A stretch of DNA of 64,000 nucleotides from Hemiscyllium ocellatum (Eukaryota): the NCBI RefSeq assembly GCF_020745735.1, contig NC_083435.1:35985090-36049089 (forward strand), written 5' to 3'. The number at the start of each line of letters is the position of its first letter. Within the stretch, counting starts at the first letter, position 1. The notes under the pieces are model-generated. The model did no database searches. It saw only the letters and a program-made list of their open reading frames with translations, and had not been told where the DNA came from. Both the position numbers and the translations under genes were made by a program. Shown one piece after another: positions 14,025 to 26,369 of this stretch.

Positions 14025-15570
14025 TTTTTTCACAAGTTTACAAAAGAAAACTAAAAAAAAAGACCCAAGTATAAACATTGATATACAGTTAAATCTTAAA
14101 TAAATGATAACCAAAATCTATCAGACAAGAAAAAAGAAATACCAAGAGAAAAAAAAAGACAAAAAACTCAACTAACTACTCATCTAACTTACAACTAACC
14201 AGAGTGTATCAGTAAAATTCTTACATTATTCAAGAGAAAAAAAAACCTCACGGATAACACATAAATTGAGCAGTGATTTACCTGCTCGGAATGTGTTAGC
14301 ATCAGATCACAACAAAACCTGTATTTATCCAAAACATCACAAGCATAGAACATATAAAATTCACAAAAATAAAAGCTCTTTAGTACATTCAAATCGATAC
14401 AATTTGAAAAAACTATTTCTCAATAGTAAAAAAAAGTATAGAAGTATTTAAATGGAGATCTTCCCCCTTATTCCTAGGGGGCATCACTTCCTTTCCAAAA
14501 CACCCATCATAACCTCTCCCAACCAGTGCTCCACCCTTGACACAGGCACCCCACGATAGGATAAAGAAAATTCAAGCATACTACTGAACTAGAACTAGCA
14601 GTGAGTACCCTATTCACCACCCCCTCCCCATCCCACCCAACCCACACCTCTCTGGCTAAAACCGGGGTGGGATAGAGCAAAACAACATTGATTAACTCTT
14701 ATAATTTGTCCCAGAGAGTCCAGAAGTTCCTTGGCCTTCTCCGGTGATCCGAAGTTAAACACGGACCCTTCACGGCTATAGCGTAGTATAGCTGGGCAGC
14801 GCAAGGAGTATTGAATGTTTAAATCCCTTAAACACTTTTTTGCTTCATCAAACGCCTTCCTCTTTCGGACCAAAGCTGGGAAAAATCCTGAAATGACATA
14901 ATCGTGGATCCTTTATGAGTCATGGCTTGTGGATCATTCCCAAGATTTCTGGAGGCTTCCAAGAGAATCTGCCTCACCTAATAGCTCTGCAGCTGGAACA
15001 GGACCGGGCTGGGGCACTGGTTCAGGCCGGGCCCGTGTATTGTAACCTGGTAGGCCTATTCTACCCTAACCTGGCCTGATCCAGCCTCCAGATTCAATAA
15101 CTGCGGAAGCCACTATTCAAGCAACCTTATAAGCTGGCCTTATGCCTGTTCGGGAAGGCCCAGCAAACGAATATTTTTTCGACGACCTCGATTCTCGAGG
15201 TCATCAACGTGATTATCTAAGGTCCGGACTCACTGCTCAAGAGTCCGGACACGATCCACAGCCGACTCTGCAATGGCCTCGGAGGTCGCGGCCTTTAGCT
15301 CCGCCCCTCCGACTCGGAGCTCGATTTCTTCGATGTCACGGCCGTGCTTTTATAGCGCAGCCGAGAATGAATTCCACCGACTTCGGGACTCTTCTATGAA
15401 AGCATCCATCTTCGCATCGAGTTTGGAGATTATTTTCGCGAGGCTTGCCACCGTAGTTAAGTCCCCCGGGCAGCTGCGGACGCCTCTACTGCAGCTGGGG
15501 AGGGGCTCCTTTCCCCCTAGTCATTTTTACAGGAGACTGAAGTGTATAAATTTAGTACTAAACCACTAAT
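14025..15570 (-). mobile_element. ORF1-only L1 derivative (HAL1-like) with T-rich 3' UTR and poly(A)
   Basis: ATG at 15524; coiled coil then DDLENRGRRKNIRLLGLPE (L1 ORF1p RRM motif); CTD FQDFSPALVRKRKAFDEAK..LR..YSL..PA.LR. No ORF2 before the A-tail at 14030-14023. Confidence 0.8.
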
Positions 15571-15574
15571 TACT

Positions 15575-18500
15575 TGTTTTTATTTCAAAAATATACTTTA
15601 TTCATAAAATAATTTGATGGTCTGTACAGTTGGTCATGCCATACATACGTAAGCATTTACATACAGAGATCAGAATTTATCATTTTTATACACAGGTCTG
15701 TACATTTATCAATCATATGCCCATATATTTAGCTGAGGCGTCAGCAGAGCCCAAATGACTGCATGGGCCCCCTGTTCTTCTGAGGCAGGCAGATGTTACA
15801 CAGTGGTCTTTCCCCACCGCGCCTTGGCGGAAGCTGCCCCAGGCTTCAACGCGTCCCTCAACACGTAGTCCTGGACCTTGGAATGTGCCAGTCTGCAACA
15901 CTCAGTCGGGGTCAACTCCTTCAGCTGAAAGACCAACAAGTTTGGACCACCCAGAGAGCGTCCTTCACCGAGTTGATGATCCTCCAGGCGCAGTTGATGT
16001 TCGTCTCGGTGTGCATCCCGGGGAACAGGCCGTAGAGCACGGAGTCCCGTGTCACGGCGCTGCTCGGGACGAACCTCGACAAACACCACTGCATTCCTCT
16101 CCAGACTTCCTCTGCATAGGCACATTCCAGAAGGAGGTGTGTGACAGTCTCGTCTCCCCCACAGTCGCTTCGAGGGCAGCGTGCGGTGCGGCTGAGAGTC
16201 CGGACGTGCATAAATGATCTCACAGGCAGAGCCCTTCTCATCACCAGCCAAGCCATGTCTTGGTGCTTGTTGGAAAGTTCTGGTGATGAGGCATTCTGCC
16301 AAATGGCTTTGACAGTCTGCTCAGGGAACCACTCGATAGGATCCGTCCTCTCCTTTTCCCGAAAGATCTCAAGGACACTACGTGCTGACCACTTCCTGAT
16401 GGACTTGTGGTCAAAAGGTGTTTTTCTTCATAAACTTCTCCAGAAAGGACAGGTGGTATGAAACGGTCCAACTACTCGGAGCGTCCCGTGGCAGCGAGGC
16501 CAGGCCCATCCTTCACAACACCGGGGACAGGTAGAACCTCAGTACGTAGTGACACTTGGTGTTTGCGTACCGGGGATCCATGCACAGCTTGATGCAGCCA
16601 CACACAAAGGTGGCCATCAGGGTGAGGGTGGCATTGGGTGTATTTTTTCCCCTTTGCCCAGATCTTTGTACAGCGAGTCCCTTCGGACCCGGTCCATCTT
16701 TGAACTCCATATGAACTGGAAGATGGCCCGGGTGACTGCAGCGGCACAGGTTCTGGGAATAGGCAATGACGTGTAACAGCAATGACAGTGCCTCACACCT
16801 GATGACCAGGTTTTTTCCCGCGATGGAGAGCGACCGTAGCTTCCATCTGCCCAGTTTCTGCCTCACTTTACTGATACGCTCCTCCCAAGACTTGGCGCAC
16901 GCCCCAGCACCCCCGAACCAAATACCCAGCACCTTCAGGTGGTCGGTCCTGACGGTGAAGGGGATCAAGGATTCGTCAGCCCAGTTCCCGAAGAGCATGG
17001 CCTCGCTCTTGCCTCGGTTTACCTTGGCCCCAGAGGCCCGTTCGAACTGGTCACATATGCACATGAGTCTGTGCACGGACAGCGGATCCGAGCAAAAACG
17101 GCGACGTCATCCATGTACAGGGAGGCCTTAACCTGCAGGCCCCTGCTGCCAGGAATAGTCACCCCTCTCAGGCTCACATCCTTCCTGATGGACTTGGCAA
17201 ATGGCTCTATGCAGCACACAAACAAGGCAGGAGAGAGAGGGAAGCCCTGCCTGACTCCAGATCTGACTGGGAAGCTATCTGATTCCCACCCATTGATTGA
17301 GACTGCACTGACAATGTTGGTGTAGAGCAGTCTGATCCAATTGCAGATTCCCTCCCCAAAGCCCATTTTGGAGAGAACATCTCTCATATACCTGTGTGAT
17401 ATCCTGTCAAAGGCTTTCTCCTGGTCCAGGCTGATCAGGCAGGCGTCCAACCCTCTGTCCTGCACGTAGGCGATCGTATCCCTGAGGAGTGCGAGACTCT
17501 CAGCGATCTTCCTGCCTGGCACAGCACAGGTTTGGTCAGGGTGAATCACCGACCCCAGAGCAGACCTGACCTGGTTGGCGATGACCTTTGACAGGATTTT
17601 GTCATCTGCATTCAACAGTGAGATTGGTCTCCAATTTTTGAGTTCCTCCCTCTCCCCCTTCCGCTTGTAGATGAGGGTGATGATGCCTTTCCTCATGGAT
17701 TCGCTCATGGTACCCACCTGAAGCATACTGACATACACCTCCAGCAGGTCCTGGCCAATCAAGTCCCACAGAGCGGAATACAGCTCGACCGGTAAGCCGT
17801 CGGTTCCGGGAGTTTTATTCTTTTCGAAGGACTCGAGGGCCTTGGTCAGCTCGTCCAGAGATAGCGGATGGTCCAGCCTCTCGTGTGTTCTGTCGTCTAA
17901 GACCTCCATCATAGAGGACAGGAACGAATGGAAGACAGCGCTGTCGGTCGGCTTCGCTTCATACAGACTGGCATAGAAGGATTTACTGATCCTCATGACA
18001 TCAGCCTGAGATGACATTATCGAGCCGTCTTCTTCCTTCAGGCTGCTGAGCACAGAGCTCTCTTTGTGCACCTTCTGGAAGAAGAAACGTGAGCACGTCT
18101 CGTCCTGCTCCACCGAGCGGACCCTGGACCGGAAGATTATCTTGGAAGCCTCCGAGGAAAAGAGTGAGGCTTTCTGGCCCTTCACCTCCTTGAGGTCCTC
18201 CGTGACATTGACCCCCATCGTCTGCAGCAGGAGCAGGTTCTGCATACTTTCCTGGAGCTGGGACAGTTTTCCCCGCCTCTCTCTCGCCTCCTGAACATCT
18301 TTGAGGATGAAGAACCTCTTGATGTTCCCTTTAACTGTTTTCCACCAGAGGGGCTTCACGGTTCTCCAACTTGCGTAGTCCCTCTTGAGCTCCTCGATGT
18401 TTTCCGGGGACAACAGCTTAGTTTTCAGCTTCCACGTTCCCTTACCCGCCCACTGCTCGTCCTGTAGGTGACAGTCGGCCAGTAGGAGGCAGTGGTCAGA

Positions 18501-19725
18501 GAAGAACACCGGCTTGACGTTGGTGGATCTGACCGAGAGCGTTCGGGACACAAACAGGTAATCAATCCTTGAGCGGATAGACCCGTCTGCCCGTGACCTG
18601 GTGTATCTACGCTGCGCTCCGTCTGCAGGGGTGCTGAAGACGTCGTGCAGCTTGGCATCTTTTACCGTGTCCATCAGGGCTCTGGACATGGCGTCCAGTT
18701 TACTGTCCCCCCCGCCGGATCGTCCATCTGCATCAATGATACAGTTGAAGTCTCCGGCCAGAATGACCGGCCTGGACGTAGCCAGCAACAGTGGAAGCTG
18801 CTGCAGGACGGCCAACCGTTCACTCTTACCCACTGGGGCGTACACATTGATCAGTCTCAGGGGAGCATTCTTGTACATAACGTCGGCGATGAGGAGGCGC
18901 CCGCTCACCACCTCCTTAACCTCGGAGATGGTGAAGTTGCCTCCTCGCAACAGGATACTCAGGCCGGAGGCGCGGCTATCGTTGCCCCCTGACCAAACTG
19001 ACGGCCCATGGGGCCACAGGCTTGACCATCTCCTGTAGCTGCTGAGGTGCGGTATCCCACACTCCTGCAGAAACAAGACGTCGGCTTTAACCCTGGCCAG
19101 GAAGGCCATCGTAGAAACACATCGCGTAGCCGATTTAATGCTACGCACATTGATGCTGGCAATTTTAAACCCCATTTTAACAATTTACAAGGTTAACAGT
19201 GTCCATTTGCTGCTGGTCTTGCCCCTCTGGGGTAGCTGTGTGCATCCCCGTGGTGACGACAAACTGCTGGACCCTCCCAGGGCTGAGGTAGCTGTCCGGC
19301 TCCACGCTGGAGCCATGTCCCCGCTCTGGTGTCTTTGTGTCGGGCCCAGGGTCCGCACCATCCAGTTCTCCATCTGACAGCGGGGCTGTCACAGGACCGC
19401 TGCTCCCAGTTACCTGGAGCTGTGGGCCGGTGGGTACCTCTTGGTTCTCACCGGGTCGGGGAAGGCCTTTACCCATCCCCACAGAGGGATCGTCTTTCCC
19501 TTCCTGGGCGGTGCTGCCCTCCTTTCTCCCCACGGCGCTCTGTCTCTTTCTCTGGTGGCGATCCTTCTTGCGCCCGTCCTCACCATCGGAAGAGCTGCCT
19601 GTGTCCTCATCATGTAGGTGTCGCTTCCACCTTCTCTGGGTGGCTTTGGGTCCCTTGGGAGGTTTCCTCTTCCTGCTTTTGACAGTAATCCAATACTTCA
19701 AACCCGCAGCATTCCAGCAAAACAT
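15575..19725 (-). mobile_element. Tx1-clade non-LTR retrotransposon (ORF1 tail plus ORF2 EN-RT-Cys/His knuckle), disrupted
   Basis: ORF 17019-19175 with APE motifs LFLQEC, GDFNC, SDH and RT motifs LDQEKAFD, GVRQG.PLSP, YMDDV. 1-bp frameshift near 17093; stop at 16513. Confidence 0.95.
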
Positions 19726-20218
19726 TAAATAAAAACTATTTTGAATTGATTTGGTGAGTGTGGTGGAGGAGGGTGGCCCACTTGCCTCGGTCCTGGGAGA
19801 AGCACTATAGGCTCAGACTTGCTGAGTCCCCTCCATCAGGGATCCCTGAGCCTGGGCTGGGTTAGACATGGAGTCTCCTTCTCCTCCCCGCAGTATTTAC
19901 AAGACTTTAGACCAGGAATGATGAAGCTGTTTGGCTTCTCCCAATCGATGTGAAAATTAAAATTCTCCATTGGAACCATTTCCCATTTGCTCGGAGTTTC
20001 TCTGATCTCGGGGTTTCTACATCCTGCTGTCAGGAGACCTGGACACAAATCCCATCAGAGTCTCCCAGACTGTGCTGCCTTCAATGTGTAAAAGATCAGG
20101 CTGGCTGTATAACAGGGGGCTGATCAAACATCCCCCATTTCAAACTCTCCCCAAGAGACTCACATTCACCCCAGACACAGAGAGAGAGAGAGAATGGAAA
20201 GCTGAATTCTGTACTTAC

Positions 20219-20270
20219 CGGGAGAGACCCGGGAAAAGCACAGGGAGAGGGAGAGAAGGATCAGCAACAT
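20219..20270 (-). CDS. Class I copy A leader exon (MLLILLSLSLCFSRVSP)
   Basis: ATG to CCC G|GTAAGT, 52 bp, phase 1, hydrophobic signal peptide; near-identical to 50046-50097. Confidence 0.9.
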
Positions 20271-20961
20271 TCTGGGAATCCACTCTCCCTATTCCCATCA
20301 AAAACGGATTGGGGTAAAAGCTGCTGATAATGGACTGGATTTGACAAAGAAAAACGTCTGTAGTGAGTCCATTCTCCAAGTTGGACGGAAATTTGATCAC
20401 TTCCTCCAACTCAAACAGAGAGGGGAATGATTGGTTCGTATCAGAAAAAAACACCCAATTAAATGTGAAACCGTGAGAGTGTCACCAGTTACCGGGAGAC
20501 TGAAAGGCAGACACACAGGGGTTTGACACCAAGAGCTGCAGGTTTGAGACGCTGCCCACATCAGGAACGGGGATCGCTCCAGGAGGTGAAAGCACAGACC
20601 GTGTGCTGCAGCTGAAATGGGAGGGAAATCCTCATTCTCCATCCGACAGCCCCGCTCTCACTCTTCATTAGAAAGGACAGTGATCCCTATCCAATTATAA
20701 AAGCTGGTCATGTGAGACCCTGAACTCTCATCTCTATCCGGGTGGATGCATCCCTCTTTGCGTCCGTTTAAACTTGTACATTTCCCCATGTATCCAGCGA
20801 TATGTATTAAGGTCAGTCTGTCTGGGTATGGAAGATACTGTTTATCCCTGCACACAGTGACCTGGCTGATGTAAGGCAGTACCAGGTGTCCCTGAGCTCC
20901 AGAGTGAGGTCCTGAAGGGCCCATGGTCTGAGAGTTACTTCTAGAGCAGGCCTGGAGTCAG

Positions 20962-22663
20962 TGCAGTCTCAATCAATGGGCGGGAATCAGATAGCTTCCC
21001 AGTCAGATCTGGAGTCAGGCAGGCCTGCCCTCTCTCTCCTGCCTTGCCATTTGCCGAGTCCATCAGGAAGGATGTGAGCCTGAGAGGGGTGACTATTCCT
21101 GGCAGCGGGGGCCTGCAGGTTAAGCCCTCCCTGCACATGGATGATGTCGCCGTTTTCTGCTCGGACCCGCTGTCCATGCGCAGACTCATGTGCATTTGTG
21201 ACCAGTTCGAACGGGCCTCAGGGGCCAAGGTAAACCGAGGCAAGAGCGAGGCCATGCTCTTCGGGAACGGGGCCGACCAATCCTCGATCCCCTTCACCAT
21301 CAGGCCCGAACACCTGAAGGTCCTGGGTATTTGGTTAGGGGGGGCTGGGGTGTGCGCCAAGTCACGGGAGGAGTGTATTAGCAAAGTGAGGCAGAAACTG
21401 GGCAGATGGAAGCTACAGTCGCTCTCCATCGCGGGAAAAATCCTGGTCATCAGGTGTGAGGCACTATCATTGCTGTTGTACGTGGCACAGGTCCGGCCTA
21501 TTCCCAGAACCTGTGCCGCTGCAGTCACCCGGGCCATCTTCCAGTTTATATGGAGGTCAAAGATGGACCGGGTCCGAAGGGACTCGCTGTACAAAGATCT
21601 GGGCAATGGGGGAAAAAACACACCCAATGCCACCCTCACCCTGATGGCCACCTTTGTGTGTGGCTGCATCAAGATGTGCATAGATCCCCGGTACGCAAAC
21701 ACCAAGTGTCACTACGTACTGAGGTTCTACCTGTCCCCGGTGTTGTGAAGGATGGGCCTGGCCTCGCTGCAGCGGAACGCTCCGAGTAGTTGGACCGTTC
21801 CGTATCACCTGTCCTTCATGGAGAAGTTTATGAAGAAAAACACCTTTGACCACAAGTCCATCAGGAAGTGGTCAGCGCGTAGTGTCCTCGAGACCCTTCG
21901 GGAAAAGGAGAGTGCGGATCCTATCGAGCGGTTCCCTGAGCAGACTGTCAAAGCCATTTGGCAGAATGCCTCATTGCCAGAACTTTCCAACAAGCACCAA
22001 GACATGGCTTGGCTGGTGGTGAGAAGGGCTCTGCCTGTGAGATCCTTTATGCACGCCCGGACTCTCAGCCGCACCGCACGCTGCCCTCGAAGCGGCTGCG
22101 GGGGGGAAGAGACTGTCACACACCTCCTTCTGGAATGTGCCTATGCAGAAGAAGTCTGGAGAGGAATGCAGTGGTGTTTGTCGAGGTTCGTCCCGAGCAG
22201 CGCCGTGACGCGGGACTCCGTGCTCTATGGCCTGTTCTTCGGGACGCACACTGAGACGAACATCAACTGTGCCTGGAGGATCATCAACTCGGTGAAGGAT
22301 GCTCTCTGGGCGGTCCGAAACCTGTTGATCTTCCAGCTGAAGGAGTTGATCCCGACTGAGTGTTGCAGACTGGCACATTCCAAGGTCCCGGACTACGTGT
22401 TGAGGGACGCGCTGAAGCTTGGGGCAGCTACTGCCAAGGCGTGGTGGGGAAAGACCACCGTGTAACATCTGCCTGTCTAAAGAAGATCAGGGGGCCCACG
22501 CCTAAATATGTGGATAGTAGTCGTACCGACCTGTATGTACGAATGATTACTGTCTCTGTATGCCAAAAATGGAAAGTTTACGTATATATGGCATAACCAA
22601 TTGTACAGATTATCAAAATATTTTATGAATAAAGTATAGTTTTGAAATAAAAAAATTTTTAAA
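20962..22663 (+). mobile_element. Tx1-like 5'-truncated copy with a 14-bp TSD
   Basis: RT HMDDV through C-terminal WGKTTV; TSD aggcctggagtcag (20948-20961) and aggcctagagtcag (22664-22677). Confidence 0.92.
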
Positions 22664-22679
22664 AGGCCTAGAGTCAGAG

Positions 22680-23990
22680 AGAGTTGTAGAAACATATAGC
22701 ATGGAAACAAACCCTTCAGCCCAACTCGCCCATGCCCATCACCAGATTTCCTAAACTAGATGAATCCCATTTGTCTGTGTTTGTCCTGTATTCCCCTCGA
22801 CCTTTCCTGTCCATGTACCTGTCTGAATGTCTTTTGAATATTGTAATTGTACTCACTGCTACCACATCCTCTGGCAGCTGGTTCCATGTACCCACCACTC
22901 CTTGTGTGAAAAACTGGCCCCTCAGCTCCCTTTAAATCTTTCCCCTCTTATCCCTCTATCCTCTAGTTTTGGACTCCCCTCCTCTGGGGAAAGGCCACCT
23001 CTCATGTTTCTATGTTCCAATGAGTACAGGCTAATCTACTCCAGCTCTCCCCATCAGACTGAACCTCCATATCTGGGAGCAGCCGAGTGAACCTTCTTCA
23101 GACTGCCCTCACTACCAGGATATCCTTCCTTAGATAAAGGGCCCAAATCTGGTCACCGTCTTCCCACTGGGTCTGACCAGTGCCATCTATAGTTTTTACA
23201 AAACCTCCTTACTTTTACACTCCATCCTTTTGAAGTCAAGGCCAACGTTCCATTTGCCTTCCGGCTGAACCTGAACACTGGCTTTTAGTGATTCAGGGCT
23301 GAAGACCCTGAATTCCCTCTTTCCTGTGGCTTTCTCCATTTCAATGATATTCAGTCCCTGTGTTTGTCCTGACAAAGTGCATAACCTACATTTTCCCACA
23401 GTACATTCCATCTGCCAAGTGTTGGCCCATTCAGTCAACCTCTTTATATCCCTCTGCAGACACTTCATGTCATCTTCATCACTTGCCATCCCACATCTTT
23501 TTGTATCATCCTCAAACCAGACTGTATTACATTCACTTTTCTCTTCCATGTCATTAATATCTTTTGTAAATAGTTATGGCCCCAACACTGATCCCTGTGG
23601 CACTAGTTCCAGGCTGCTATTGTGAAAATGCTGCCTTTATTGGAACTCTCTCTCTCTTTAATTCCTTTGCTAATCCTCAATCAATACTAATATACTACCT
23701 CCACCATCATGGGCTCTTATCTTATTAAATAGCCTCATATATGGGCCATTATCAAAAATCCAGACAGTTCACCCACTGCTTCCACTGTATCTATCTTGCT
23801 TGTTCCTTCCTCAAAGATTTCTATTTATTTTTCAGGCAGGATTTCCCCTTCACAATGCCATGCTGATTCTGCTTGGTCATGCTGTTTATTTCTAGATTCA
23901 TTTTCCCAATAACAGGCATCAAACTGACCAGCCAAAAGTTATCATTTTTTGTTTCCTTTCTTTTTTAAGTAAAAGTGGCGGATTTCGAAT
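22680..23990 (-). mobile_element. Degenerate CR1 fragments
   Basis: WNQLPEDVV, LQRDI.RL.EWA..WQM motifs. Confidence 0.75.
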
Positions 23991-25230
23991 CCTCTGGGAT
24001 TTTTCCAGAATCGGATAATTTCCAGAAGATTCAATGCATCAACTATCTCTGTGGCTACTTCCTTGAATATGCTGGGATGCATCCCATCAGGCCCAAGCTC
24101 CAGCTACAAGCTGGTCTACATTCTAGACCTCACTGGGGACAGAAACATCAGGCTGGAGACATTTTGAAAGCCTTGAAGCTATTTTTTGAGCACTCCATTA
24201 CTGATTACACAGAACGGAGCTGTGCTGGACATCAGATCCCTGAAGGAGACAAAGAATATGGATCAGTACGGTGATGGCATTGAGGTATCTGGCTGGAATC
24301 TCAGAGTCTGGATAATAGAAGCTAATCTTGTTGGAGATAAGAATGTCTTTTGAGAGGTCCCACCATGACAGCGCAGCTTCTGAGAGAGGAGAAACTTGCT
24401 CGAGAAATCTATTGCCATGTGCAGAAGCTCTGAGGTTGTCAATCAAAGCTGGAGAGGATTAACGGACAAAGACAAGGTTTTGCATTATGCTGAGACTCTG
24501 TCCCGGTAAACAAGAACAGCATAATGGGAAAAACAAGAAGAAACATTTGCTGAAGGGCCAGCAGAAACATCAAGCCCCAGTGTACAGGATGTAAATGTTG
24601 TAGAGGACAACACAGCAAAGAAAAGGAAGGACATCAAGTGTTGGGGAATTTATGGTCTACCTGCAAGAATCGGATTCACTTTAAACACAAGTCTTCAGCT
24701 CAAAAGAGGAAAAGTAGGCCCAAACTGATTATTGCTGGAGACGTGTCAGATGGTGATTCTAAACGGGTCATTCTAAATCATATAACCTGTCAGCATCACT
24801 GGGTCTCAAGGTAACAAACAGTTTGTTATTGTTAGAATGATGACTGCAGAAGGAGGGCATCAGGTGAATGTGAACTGTCAGACAGGCGCCAGTGATTCAT
24901 GCAACATCATAATCTTCACAGACACAGTGTGAAGTGGCTCTATTTGATGACCTGAAAATGAATCCATCAAAGGTAAATTTGAGACCACCTAATGAAACCT
25001 CACTCTTCCCAAGAGGACAAATGAAGCTGAAAATCCAATGTGATTGTCACAATAAAGACCAGCAGATCCAGATCGTAGACATTGAGTAACAATCCATTCA
25101 TCCCAGCTGAAGCAAGTCTAAAGCTTAGATTGGCAACACATATCATCTCAAAGAGGATGAGAGTGTGACACCAGTGCAGCATTTGCTGAGGAGAGATCCA
25201 GCTGCCCTCCTGTCCAACCTGAAAGGAAAG

Positions 25231-25541
25231 ATAGATTAGATTACTTACAATGTGGAAACAGGCCCTTCGGCCCAACAAGTCCACACCGACCCGCCACCCA
25301 CCTTTTTGTCTACATTGCCCCATTTGCCCCTTACCTAACACTAAGGCCAATTTAGCATGGTCAATTCACCTTACCTGCACAACTTTGGACTATGGAAGGA
25401 AACTGGAGCACCCGAAGGGTGCTCATGCAGACATGGGGAAAATGTGCAAACTCCACACAGTCAGTCGCCTGAGGCAGGAATTGAACCCGGGTCTCAGGCA
25501 CTGTGAGGTAGCAGTGCTAACCACTGTGCCACCGTGCCACC
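25231..25541 (-). mobile_element. tRNA-derived V-SINE (HE1-like)
   Basis: GGCACGGTGGCACAGTGGTTAGCAC A-box, GGTTCAATTCC B-box, V-domain, (TCTAA)n tail. Confidence 0.9.
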
Positions 25542-25711
25542 CACCGATAGTCAAGCTGTGGAAAAAAAGGTAGTTATCAAGAAAGGGACAACTCCTACAG
25601 AATGCATTTGCAGCATCGCGGCCATGGGGAAAAAAAACACCTGGAAATCTGAGAGTCTGCATCGATCCAAAGGATTTCAATGATTGTTCCAGAACAGCAT
25701 CAAAGCAGACA

Positions 25712-26369
25712 TCTGGTTGAAGATTTGTAGCTCGGGTATCCGTTGTTGTGGTTCTGCTCGCCGAGCTGGAAGTTTTTGCTGCAAACGTTTCGTTCCCTGG
25801 CTAGGGAACATCATCAGTTTAAAATCTGATTGAAGATTTGTAGCTCGGGTATCCGTTGTTGTGGTTCTGCTCGCCGAGCTGGAAGTTTTTGCTGCAAACG
25901 TTTCGTTCCCTGGCTAGGGAACATCATCAGTTTAAAATCTGATTGAAGATTTGTAGCTCGGGTATCCGTTGTTGTGGTTCTGTTCGCCGAACTGGAAGTT
26001 TTTGCTGCAAACGTTTCGTTCCCTGGCTAGGGAACATCATCAGAGAATTCCTAGAAGCATGGCATTCATCCCCAAACTCCATCAACAGACACATTGACCT
26101 GGACACCATATACAAACCACTACAGCTGAAACTGACACCCGGAAATGGCAAGAACATCCATCAACAGACACATCGACCTGGACCCCACATACAAATCACT
26201 GCAGCTGAAACTGACACCCGGAAGCGGCAAGAACAAACCAATATAAATACCGGAAGAAACATCAAAGCAGCGCTTCACACGAGGCTCCAACAGCACTGAT
26301 GATGTTCCCTAGCCAGGGAACGAAATGTTTGCAGCAAAAACTTCCAGCTCGGCGAGCAGAACCACAACA
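25712..26369. mobile_element. Penelope-like insertion: three inverted 113-bp pseudo-LTR copies, GIY-YIG tail, direct pseudo-LTR
   Basis: Units start at 25719, 25832 and 25945; REFLEAWHSS..INRHIDLD on the plus strand; 13-bp TSD atcaaagcagaca at 25699-25711 and 26370-26382. Confidence 0.88.

Larger units (their letters stand above)
538..20270 (-). pseudogene. Nonclassical MHC class I heavy-chain gene, copy A (leader-alpha1-alpha2-alpha3); frameshifted in alpha2; TM/cytoplasmic exons not found in the window
   Basis: Four exons with AG/GT boundaries, collinear with copy B. The alpha2 exon is 274 bp versus 276 bp in copy B, giving TGA at 1141-1139. The pseudogene call depends on the indels being real. 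Confidence 0.75.

Noticed and set aside
25719-26043. Regular 113-bp (and 61-bp at 28.7 kb) repeats as a CRISPR-like array
   Set aside because: Units are contiguous with no unique spacers; eukaryotic context; explained by a PLE pseudo-LTR and a minisatellite.
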